Shown piece after piece: positions 22,162 to 33,638 of a stretch of DNA of 64,000 nucleotides. Position 1 is the first letter of the stretch, and each line of letters opens with the position of its first letter. Both the position numbers and the translations under genes were made by a program. The DNA is from Takakia lepidozioides. Lineage: Eukaryota > Plantae > Bryophyta. The notes beneath the pieces were generated by a model. That model saw nothing but the letters and a program-made list of their open reading frames with translations, was not told the DNA's origin and ran no database searches. The stretch is from the NCBI GenBank assembly GCA_030704615.1, contig CM060731.1:37944001-38008000 (forward strand), in the 5' to 3' direction.

Positions 22162-25100
22162 ATGGAGGAACTAACAGACTATACGCTCGCAATATTACTT
22201 ACGCAGTGGCATAGACACGAAAGGACAGAGCGGAGCTTTTCTCTTGAGCGATGCTTGCAAGCTCTACAGGCTTACAAGAAATTACCCATAGCTTTTTGTG
22301 GCAACCATACGTTTATACTTTGTGCACTACAGGCATTTCTGCAGTTGTTACAGCCAAAACATTTCTGTGGGTCTAAAATGAAGAGAGTGAGAGGAATGGA
22401 GGAAATCAGGGTGAAGAGCACCACAATTCTGCAGAAACAAACGATTGCTACCCCACAGGCGATACAGATACTGAAGGAGCTGAGATTGCAAGGATTGCAA
22501 AGCATAGATTGGACATTACACCATAGACAGTACATGTTACAATTTTTGCAGAACTTTGAGCCAAGGACAGGAACAACAACAGTGAAGGGAGTTGAATTAG
22601 TAATTACTCCCCTATACCTCCAGCAATTGTTTCGATTGCCAGCAGGTCAGGTGCATGTGGAGGAACACAGGGCAAGACTGCAAATAGGGGACTTATTCCA
22701 AGAAGGGAGTTTATTTAAAACTCAGGGTTATGCTTGTACCAAGGCCGTGTACCCAGGGCTAAAGGAGGTAGGCCAGGTATTGAACGTTCTGTTTGCCATG
22801 AAACAGAACCAACAATATTTGAGCAGATCCTTCACGGAGGAAATACTCAAAGCCCTGAAAGGACAAGAGGTAGAATGGGCGGACATAATGTACAACGCAC
22901 TGGTGGAGGAGATGAAAAGATTACAAGGTACTACAGCAAAGTCTCCTATCATAGTGTCTGGCCCAATCATTGCTAAAATAATTCTTGATTCTGGCATACT
23001 TGATGCGCAAGAAAGAAAGGAGATGGGAGTGTTTGAGCCAGAAACCACTGCAATGGAAGAGCAAGGCTCTTCACACAGTGAGGGTGGACTAGCAGGGCAA
23101 CCCGAGACTAAGAGGCAGAGAAGGGGAAAGAGTGTAGTGGCGGATCCACTGGCTTCACGGATTCCGCATGATAATGTTTCCCAAGCTCATGTGCAGGAAG
23201 AGGCACAGCAGCACAGAGAAATGCTATTACTGGAAGCAGGACCTTCAGAGAGGGAAGAGGAAGTTACTTCAGCATCACAGCCATCACAGCCAGCTGATCG
23301 GCTTGTCACAAGGTTACCACAAGTTGCCCATGAAGTGCCACCAGAAATAATTGATTTGGAAAAAGAAGGGTTAGATATTCCAACTACAGAACAGATAGTG
23401 GCAGAAATTGAGAAGGGGGACCTTCTCTATGAATATTCTGGTCTGGTCAAGGAGACAGAGATTCCAGAGGTGCAATAGTTACCCAAGGGAAATCCTGAGG
23501 TGCATATAATACACACACCTGTGTCGGAGGTACCACAGGCAGAAGGTCATGACACTGCAGCACCGGTGATAGATGAAGTGGTTCAGGAAGAAAATCCGGT
23601 GGGACAATGGCCTGAGTGGTTCGTGAGACATCACACTGTTGAGGAACAGGAGGAACAGCAGCAACCTCACCATGATGACCCTCAACAGGCAATGCTGATT
23701 AGTTCTATAGGCAGGACACTTAATTTGTTGGGGACTTATGTCAAATCTCATGTTCCAACTACCCAATTGACAGCCTTGAGAGAGGAACTCAGGAAGGAGT
23801 TTGAGGCTCGACTAGCCACTGAGTGTGCAAACAAGGTCGATGAGGAGGTCACTCTCAAGATGCAGCAGGACTTGGAAAATACAGAAGCGGCTTTGAAATT
23901 GGCCAAGGAACAATTGATTGAGGCAGGCCTCGCGCAAGACCAGTTGCACGAAGCACATAAGCAACAGCTATACCAAATGCAGGTGAAGCATGAAAGCAAG
24001 TTGTAACAAGTAAATGCACTACATACGGAGTTGCAGACAGTGCATGGTAGGATGGCCATCCAATGTGCTACACTCACAACTATGCTTGACCAATCTACAA
24101 TAGAAATAAACAGTCAAGCAGAAAAAAGTATGAAGGCAGAAGTAGAGAATGTTGAGCACATGAAACTCATTGTCGACATGAAGAATACAATCTGTCGCAA
24201 TGAGGATACTTTCAAGCAATACAGGCGGGTTGAAGCCGACCAAGAGAGGCACATCCTGGAGTTGCAACAAACGGTCATGGCCAATAGAAATGAACTCTCT
24301 GTGGCTAACAAAGCTTGGAAGGAAGCCAATAATCTGGCTGCTGCCTATGCGAATTTGGTTGAACCTCATTCGAAGTGCATGGAGGCTTTACAACAGCAGT
24401 TAGATGTGTACAAACAAAGAGAGGAGCACACTCTCAGAGCAACCACAAGCAACTTAGTGGATAACCACCTTATGCAGGTCTGGTTAGCACAAGGGCCAGT
24501 GGAGGGCAAAGCACCACGAAAGCTCACCCAAAGCGAGATGAATGAGCTCAGACTGCAAGTGCAGAACATTGCCACAAGTACTATAGACAATGTCTATAGT
24601 AGGATAGTAGAGTTACAGGAGGATGTAGACGGACTGCAGACTCAAGTGGATGACCTCACTTCAAAAATCGACAAAAGAGTCTATATCCCTCAGGAACAGC
24701 TAATGGCTTCTTATTTACAAGCCAGAACTTTGGCTTTTCAGTCTTCACAGGAGGTGCAGGAAATGCCAATGATACAAGAGCTAGTACCACCAACACCACA
24801 ACAAGTCACTGTACCAGTAGCTGAACCTGTTGTTACTACAACCACACCGCAGCCACCACAGCCTGAGGTACGGGGCAATGCTGCTTTTAACCCACCTAAA
24901 ACTCCAGCTGCAAGGGAGTACAGTAGGGCTATGATTATGCCCTTCAACCAAATTCCCATCATATTGGATTTGGCTTGGAAAGAATTTAGTCCTCCGCAGT
25001 CATTCGCACATTACTACCAAATCATGCGTATTTGGCTGCCAGTGGCAACTAGGACTAAAGTTCTTCCGAACGATCGACATATTGAGGATCATCACTTTGC

Positions 25101-25221
25101 ACAGTACTGGCATGAGGCAGGTACCATGTTGAGGGAATTGATTGCTTTCCAAGTTGTACATGGATTCATTTATACCAAGACCAAGGAGGTACCAAGTATT
25201 GTCATGGGATGCGGGTTATAC
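22162..25221 (+). pseudogene. G1 ORF3 (accessory ORF in the env position), two internal stops, 3' truncated
   Basis: ORFs 21901-23478, 23500-24006 and 24031-25239 share one frame, separated by single stops that are sense codons in G3. Confidence 0.88.
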
Positions 25222-26083
25222 AAGCACCCCAGTCTGTGATGAAAGCTATCTTTCCCTGGTCTTCTTCTGCCACTTGCACTTGATTATAACCACCGAAGCC
25301 ATCCATGAATGAGTACATCTCATGGCCTGCCACAGTGTCCAATATCGCTTCTGTGAATGGCAAGGGGAAAGGATCTTTCTTCGTGCAAGCATTCAACTTC
25401 TTATAGTTCACACAAACTCTCAGTTTACCATTCTTCTTGGGAACTATCACAATGGGTGACAACCAAGTTGTATACTCTATCGGGTATATAAACTTAGCCT
25501 CAGCCAACTTCTTGATCTCTTCTCCAACCTTCTGTGCATAGTTGGGATTCATTCTATACCTTGCCTGTTTGATTGGTACTGACCTTGGTTCTAGTTCAAT
25601 CTTATGCTGACAGATCTCAGGTGGTATCCTTTTTAGATCCTCCAAGCTCCAAGCAAATACATCTCTGTATTTGATGAACAAACTCTTAGCTTCCTCAAAG
25701 AATTCTGGCTCCAAATCAGCCCCTACCTTCACCATCCTCGGTTCCTTTTCAGTTCCCACATTCACTTCTCTCACCTGCTCATTAGCTGTGATTGTCCAAC
25801 CAGTCACCACTTCATCCTGTAAACTCACAGTGGCTGGTTCCTCTAGGATTTCCATTTCTCCCTCTCTTTCTTCATAGAAATGTGGTGGGTAACTGCTTGT
25901 TTCACCTTCAATTGGTGTTGCTGTCACTACACCACAACAGATACCTTTTAAACAACATAGGCCTTCCAGCTGCATCTCTGCAACCTGCTCCCACTCTGGG
26001 TGTGCAGCGAACCCTTCCTGCTCCTCATCAAGTCCTCCCCTCCAGTCATACTCCCTGACCCCTCGAAGTCTTCTCGAAGCAGG
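25222..26083 (-). pseudogene. pol: Inverted family G pol fragment (post-protease spacer and RT N-terminus)
   Basis: ORF 25202-25975: FAWSLEDLKRIPPEICQHKIEL..RYRMNPNY..DGFGGYNQ. Confidence 0.92.
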
Positions 26084-27696
26084 GCAAGTCAGGGTGCATC
26101 AGGTGCAACCCCAGCCAAGAAGAAACAATGATCAGGACCACTATGGTAGGTCTGGTGGTTATAACAATGGCATGGAAGGGAGAGGTAATTCAAGAGGGAA
26201 TTACCAAGGAAATTCCGGAGGCAACTATCAGGGTAATCCAAGGGGGAATTACCAGCCCGGGAATCAGGATTATAGAAATAATCCAAGAACAGACCAAGGG
26301 CGAGGACCCAATGGTGAAGAGCTATGTTACTATTGTAATCAGCCAGGACATCGCAAGGCAGCCTGTTCATTCTGGATAAGACACCAGAATGAGATGAGAG
26401 CTCCTGTGAATGAGGGCCCAGTGGTGGCAGCTCACATGGTTAGGCCATGTGTTGTACCAGAAGTAAGTACAATGATAGTAACAAGAAGTAAAGCCAAACT
26501 AATACCTCCAGTAGAAGAGGAAGAAGATGAGACTGGAAGTGGCAATGATATGCCTGAAGATGAAGAGACTTGGAAAGATGAGAAGGAACTGCACAAGGAA
26601 GTGGCAGATACTATAAGGGAAATGCAAAAGAGTACTGATATTCCTGTGGCGATTCCTCTGATTCGGATGGAGAAAAAGAAGGGAGTGAGGAAGAAAGGAA
26701 AAAAGAAGATGCAGACATGCAAAGTAATGAAGAGACTTTGGCTGCAGTAATATGTCAGACCAAAGCAGAAATTACCATTGGACAGCTATTAGCTGTGGCA
26801 CCTTATTGTAGGCACAGGCTGTATCAGGCAATCAATCAAATTGCCCAAGAGACAGGAAACACAGACCTAAACAGCAAGGTGACCAGTTATAATGTGAAGC
26901 CGGAAGGGCGAGAACCAGTCATGGACTTGATGATTCTATGCCAGTAATCCAATTGAGAATTGGAAGCACAGAACTAACTGATGTACTGATAGATGGTGGT
27001 TCTGGAGTAAATATCATGACAGACCAATTAAGGAAGAAGCTTGGTCTAAGTAACATGAAACCAGCCCCATTTACAATAACAATGGCAGACAAAGAAGTGT
27101 GCAGCCATTGGATTAATAAGAGGAGTTAAGATACAGATACAGAAAATGATCTTTATGATCACAGTAAACTGTATTAAAAATGGATGAAGTCATGGAGGCT
27201 TACTCCTTATTATTGGGACGTCTGTGGCTGAAACAGGCCAGGGTATTCCATGACTGGAATTCTCAGTTACTAACCGTGCATAATGGGATACACGAGATAC
27301 AAATTACCACAAAGAAATCTAGTAGATTACCTGCTACAAGAAGACCTCGAGGAGTCAGAGAATATGACTGGAAAGGAGGACTGGATGAGGAGCAGGAAGC
27401 TACCCTATTTGCTGCACACCCAAAGTGGGAGCAGGTTGCAGAGATGCGGCTGGAAAGCCTAAGTTGTTTGAGAGGTATCTGCTGTGGTGTAGTGACAGCA
27501 ACACCAACTGAAGAGGAAACCAGCATTTACCCATCACATTTCTATGAAGAAAGAGAAGGAGAAATAGAAATCCTAGAAGAACCAGCCACTGTGAGCTTAC
27601 AGGATGAAGTGGTGACTGGTTGGACAATCACAGCTGATGAGCAGGTGAGGGAAGTAAAAGTAAATGGGAACTAAAGAGGAACCGAGGATGGTGAAG
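26084..27696 (+). pseudogene. gag-pol: Family G gag C-terminus and aspartic protease fragment
   Basis: CYYCNQPGHRKAAC; VLIDGGSGVNIM protease active site; LLLGRLWL. Confidence 0.92.
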
Positions 27697-27886
27697 CATC
27701 CCATCATGCACAGTTAGTAACTGGGAATTCCAGTCATAGAATACCCTGGCTTGTTTCAGCCACGGACGTCCCAACAATAAGGAGTAAGCTTCCATGACTT
27801 CATCCATTTTCAACACAGTTACTGTGATCATAAAGATCATCTTTTGAATCTGTATCTTAAGTCTTCTTATCAATCCCAATGGCTGT
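27697..27886 (-). pseudogene. pol: Inverted protease fragment
   Basis: Reverse complement of the protease C-terminus (AYSLLLGRPWLKQARV). Confidence 0.85.
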
Positions 27887-28937
27887 CCTATGATCGTGAC
27901 AGTTGTGTCAAGCTGTGACTGGCTGTGTGAAACTGTGACGGCTGTATCGGGCTGTGACTGGCTATGTGGTTGTGTCGGCTGTGACGGGCTGTGCTGACTG
28001 TGTCTGGCTGTGTCGGCTGTGACGACTGTGACGGGCTGTGTTTGCTGTGTTGGATGTGACGGGCTGTGACGGGCTGTGTTACCCCCCTCTACAGTGCGCT
28101 GCTGTCACCCCTAAGGCTCCTGTAGGTCTCAGTTTGTGCTAAAATTAAGGGTACCCTATAGATCCCGTATAAGTGTCTAAGTCCCAGACAGTCCTCTAAC
28201 ATACCCCTTCCCCTCTCAAAAAGCCGTGTCCTCACGGTTTACTGATTGCGATTAGAAAACCTTTGTGAGTGAGCACCTTTCTGACGTTGAGGTTCCGTGG
28301 TGGACTGTATGTACGAGCCGAGGTCTGTCACTGGTTGACGGAGATGTTTGAACACTTCCTGGATAAGTGAGGCCCTCTGGAGGCTGATATCGAGGGTAGC
28401 CTTTCGGCATAGGAGACCCCCGTCGCTTCTTCTCTGCCATCTGAATTGCATAGTCTTCTCCCATGTCAAAAGAATCCGCTAAAGAAACAGTTGTATCAGA
28501 ATCCTCATCGCCTCTCAGGTGTTTTAATTTTCGAACTTTTGTGGAATCCTCTGGGCATACAATGTTGTTACCATGTCTGGAAGTTATATTTTTACAACTT
28601 ATTGTAATCGCTGAACAGCAAATTGGTGTAGTAGACACTGAGTTCCTTGGCTGTCCAGGTGAGTGGGGTACCAATTACTTGTGCACCGTGCAAGTATTTC
28701 CATGCCACATGTCCCCTATAGAAAATATCATCAACGCCGAATTTCTGTGTTGACAAATTGTTCCAGGCCGCTTGAAACCATGAACGAATTTGAGAATCCT
28801 TTTGCATCATAACTTTTGCCTCATATAGGTACAATATGAGTGGCACTGAAGGTAAGACCCAATGATCCACCACTGGAATAACTCAGAAAAGCGCGCTTGC
28901 ATCTGGTGTTGCTCAATGTGATAACGTACCAGAAAAC
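27887..28937 (-). mobile_element. Inverted 3' end of a family G element: ORF3 tail, PPT and 5' part of the 3' LTR (27887-28201)
   Basis: Reverse complement of about 41867-42920; LTR start TGTTAGAGG at 28201; PPT at 28202-28216. Confidence 0.9.
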
Positions 28938-31143
28938 GTGTTCTTGGATGATTTCAGTGTGTACAGCTCTAAGAATGAGCACTTGATAAATTGGAGTTAT
29001 GTTGTGCCAGATGCAGGATGAAGAGGTCTGGGTCTGAATCTAGAGAAGTGTACTTTCTGTGTGAACTCAGGGGTGATTTTGGGACACATTGTGTGTAAGA
29101 GAGGACTTCTTGTGGATCCCAGGAAGACAGAGGCCATTAAAGCCTCTCCACCACCAATAAATGTTAAGAGTCTAAGGAGATTCCTTGGACACAAACCAGT
29201 TATTACAGAAGATTTGTCAAAAGGTATGCACAGATAGCAGCACCATTGAGCAAGCTTCTGAGAAAGAAGATGCAGTGTTTGCATTGACAGCTGAATGTCA
29301 GCAGGCTTTTGAGGAACTTACATTGTCAGTAACCACTACACCTGTGCTGATTAACCCTCACTGGCATATAGTATTTCATGTTCACTGTGATGCCTCAGGG
29401 GAAGGTTGGGAGCGATGTTAGCCCAAAATGTTACAGGAAATATAGATTCATCTGTGTACTATGCTAGCAGGTTGGATAGAACAGTGCTGAAAGGGAACTA
29501 TAGCACAAACTGAAAGAGAAGCACTGGCAATGATTTATGCAGTCAAGAAATTCAGGCATTACCTATGGGAAGAAATTTAGTTTTATGTGGATCACCAGGG
29601 CTCTCTATGAATGAACAAACCTGATAAGTGGAAGGAATACAAGGTGGTTAATAATCTGGCACGAGTTTGAGTTCGAAGTTGGTTATACAAGCCTGGCCGT
29701 TGCCATCTTGTGGCAGATCATTTGTCACGCCTAACAACAGGAGAGCCCGCCACAGGAGTAGACGACAATTACCTGATGCGAGTTATTTGTAATGGAGGTG
29801 CCAGGGAAGTGCAGATGAATGGTTTGATTGGCAGTGGGCCAATCAGATACTACCTTACTCATGGTCAGTGCCCACCTAGTTATGGTAAGGAGCAACGGAA
29901 GAGAATCGCTATCAAGGCTTTACCTTATACTATGGTAGGAGGCAAAATGTATAAGCTAGGACCTGATGGATGCTTGTACCACCATGAAGTAAATAAAGTT
30001 TTGGAGGAAGTTCATAAAGGCGTGGCTGGAGGTCATTTTGGAGAAGAGACTACCAGTAGGAAGATATATTTGCAGGTTACTGGTGGCCTACTTGTTCAAA
30101 GATGTACACAAGTATTATCAGAGTTGTGATGAATGTCAGAGGCTAGGACCTTTGCAGAGATCTGGGAAGATGGCTTTGCATCCTACGATGCCTACTGAAC
30201 CATTTCAGAAATGGGGACTAGACTTTGTTGGACCAATTAACCCACTAGCCAAAGAATATACAGAACAAGTACATAATTACAGCCACTGATTATACTACGA
30301 AGTGGGTGGAAGCTAAAGCGCTGAGGGACAACACAGCCAAGTCCACAGCAAGGTTCCTGTATGAGAACATACTTACACGATTTGGCTGTCCCTTGGGAAT
30401 TTATCAGTGACCAGGGAAGTCACTTCATTAATGAGACCATTGAACTATTGACTAAAGAGTTCATGATTGTGCATAGGAAAGAGTACAACATATTACCCAT
30501 AGGGTAATGGGCAGGCAGAGGCTACCAACAAATACTATGCACTATCTTGGCTAAGATAGTCAATGCAAACAGAACGGATTGGGATTACAAAGCTGCTGAC
30601 AGCTTTGTGGTCATACAAGACTTCATATAAAGTCACCACTAAGTATACACCACTCCAATTAGTTTATGGTATGGAAGCTTTACTTCCAGTGGAATTCTTG
30701 TTACCTACCATGAGAACGGAATGGGAAGAGAATGGAATTGGAAGATTCAATTAAGGTCAGGAAAATGAATTATACCATGAGGAAGAAGTACGTGTTGATG
30801 CAGCTGATAACATGACCAGAATTCAGATGAAGAGGAAAGGAACAGTTTGATGAAGGCAAATTAAAGACTTTTAAGACGGGAGATTTGGTTATCTGGTTGA
30901 CAGAGAAGAAGAGGAAGATAAAGCTTCTAAGCTCAAATCACATGGAAATGACCTTATGTCATACAGAAGATGTATGATAACAACACCGCCATGTTACAAA
31001 ACATTAACAAAGAGATGTTGGGAGAGTCAATGCCAATAAGTTGAAGGGGTACAGTGGTATCCATGACAAACCATTGCCAGCACGATTTGCATGTTGAAAC
31101 GCAAAAGCAGTCACGGGCTGCGCCAGTGATACCAAACGGAGTA
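28938..31143 (+). pseudogene. pol: G2 pol (RT end, RNase H, integrase), heavily frameshifted
   Basis: VFLDD, FHVHCDASG, ADHLSR, GGHFGEETT, WGLDFVGP. Confidence 0.9.
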
Positions 31144-31202
31144 TGGAGCACTTGTCGTTAAGCCGGAGCGTGTATGACCAAGGGTGGGGAAGTACAAGTG
31201 GT

Positions 31203-31465
31203 CACACACCCTATCACAGCCACAAACAGTGTCACACAGCCTATCACAGCCATACGGTGTCAACATGCCTATCACAGCCCATCACAGCCCATCACAGCGT
31301 GACACGGCCTATCACAGCTCATCACGGTGTCACACAGCCTATCACAGCCCATCACAGCGGACACAGCCTATCACAGCCCATCACAGGTCACACAGCCTAT
31401 CACAGCCACACAACGTGAACACAGCCATCACAGCCCACCAGCCTTCACAGCCCAACACAGCCATA
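31203..31465 (+). repeat. G2 post-pol CACAG array
   Basis: cacagcctat / cacagcccat 10-bp units. Confidence 0.9.
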
Positions 31466-31975
31466 CAGATTACACAGTCCATAGGGTCAGTGACAGGTGG
31501 ACGCGAATTAACGTTAGAAAAGTGGCCATCGATGAAGATGAAGTTTGAAGTCAAAACTTGGAGAATATGCCACGCGGAGAAGGGAAGTCGGGGCATGTTT
31601 TTGAAACGACATGTGGCCATAAGGCGTGGCACACCGAACTGCATCAATTGCAAAAAAAAGGGTCTCATCATGCAAACGGGACAAAAATCGGGCCGTCAAA
31701 AGTACCTACCCGGTACAACAGCTAATACTAATTTGGGCCCATTAATGCATTCAGTGTAAGGGTAACGGAACCCTTTCCGAGTACAAAAAAAAGAAACCTA
31801 TGCCACATGTGCTGTCTTTCTGGACATTCCAGGTGGGAATGTCCATGGAGGGGGTGGAATTAGAAATTACCTAAGCAGTCCACAGCCAATCAGGAGTGCG
31901 AATTACATGCAGGTGGTTCCCTCCAAAGAAGAAAGAAACAAGAACAAGAAATAGGAAGTGTTATGAGCGGAAGAG

Positions 31976-33019
31976 TGTTAGAGGACTGTCGGGGACTTAG
32001 ACGATACGGGATCTGTAGGGAACCTTAATTTTTGCACAGACTGAGACCACAGGAGCCTTAGGGGTGACAGCAGCGCACTGTAGAGGGGGGTTACACAGTC
32101 GTCACAGTCGACAACAGCCAACACAGCCCATCACAGTCGTCACAACAGACACAGCCGACACAGCCAACATAGCCCGTCACAGTCGTCACAGCCGACACAG
32201 CCGTCACAGCCGACACAGCCGTCATAGCCGACACAGCCAGGCACAGCCACACAGCCAGTCACAGCCCGGACACAGACAAACACAGTCGCACAGCCATCAC
32301 AGCCCGTCACAGTTTCACACAGCCGGTCACAGCTTGACAAGCTGTCACGATCCTAGGGAACGAAGAGTAGGACAGGGGAACGACTGTGGGGACAACACCT
32401 GCGAAGGGAACAGGTTATTCACAGACGACGGTTAGTGAGGGAGACGGTTAGTGAGGGAAACGGTTAGAACCACGGATAGGAAGGAGATAAAGGGAGAAAC
32501 GGGGAATCGGGGAGAGCATTCGGAGGAGGAGGACTCTTGGTCATGGAGAAAGAGGGGATCGGTGCAGGGCAGAAGATGAAGAACAGAAGTGAAGATAGAG
32601 AGATGATGAGTAGATGCTTGATATATGCAAGGATGTAATGATATTGTAGAGCAGATTAGAGACACAATGGCTTCGGCCTGATACCTGATAACTCATAATC
32701 GGATACTTTACGATACAATCACACTGTGTAGAGAGATCTGAGTGAAGGTGTGAATGTGCTGAATGAAAATTGAAATGAATGGATGAGTTGATGGAATCCA
32801 ATAGATGATAAAGCAAACTGATATAATTATCAATGGTAAGATAGCTAACATGAATACCAAAGGGAAAAAACAAATAGGAAACACCCCCATGATACACTAG
32901 CTGTAGGTCTATGAATGATTGTTCTGCGGCGGGCTGAGTACTTAGAGATTTCCAACTCTTCTATCTTGGAGTTTCCGCCTCGAATAGCGGAAGGGATGGG
33001 TGAATAAAGCCGCGCGACA
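31976..33019 (+). repeat. 5' LTR of G3 (subtype A)
   Basis: TG...CA, followed by the PBS; CACAG array at 32093-32347. Confidence 0.95.
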
Positions 33020-33638
33020 TTTGGCGACCATCCTGGGGAACTGAGACATGAACAACCAGAGTGACAGGATCTGGTGGGATCATGGTGGGTGGGACTTAAA
33101 GAATTTGAAGTGAATCAAATTACCTGTGGAACGAAGGAAGGAAAGATTGTCCAACAATTCTTTAAAAGGTTCTTGGAATTGCCAGACGGTTGTAAAGAAA
33201 ATATTCTTAAGCGAGTGCATGATTGATGTTGACCCAGAATGGGGTTGCGAGAAAGGAGTAGTGATAAAGATTTATCAGGTATAGCTGGAGAGGAAAGAGC
33301 ACGTTGGTTACAAACATTGGTTTATGTGATAGCATTGCTATGCCATTAAACGAGTAGAGTTTGAAGGCTGGGAAGAAAGAAAGGTGAATGTTTATACTCA
33401 TATGCTGAAGAGCTTGTACTGGTAAAGAAATTGGATTTCCAAAGTATAATTTTGTGGAATCAAACTCACACGAAGAACAGCTTTCAGACTTGTTTGCCAT
33501 ATGGTATGGTAATGAGAGACTATCAAGTATAGCCAAGGGTGCATTGAAGCTTGAAAGAAACCCAGGCATATACGAGAGATATTACAGAAGAGCGAGTTGT
33601 GGGTATTTGCCAATTAAAAGAAATGAAAGACATGGGAC

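Larger units (their letters stand above)
16004..25221 (+). mobile_element. Family G element G1: 5' LTR, PBS, ORF0, gag, integrase, ORF3; PR-RT-RH deleted; 3' truncated
   Basis: LTR and PBS followed by collinear internal domains; deletion junction at ~20034-20037; ends at an inversion junction at 25221. Confidence 0.93.

Noticed and set aside
22162-25221. ORF3 as a true env glycoprotein
   Set aside because: No signal peptide or clear transmembrane anchor seen; only its position is env-like
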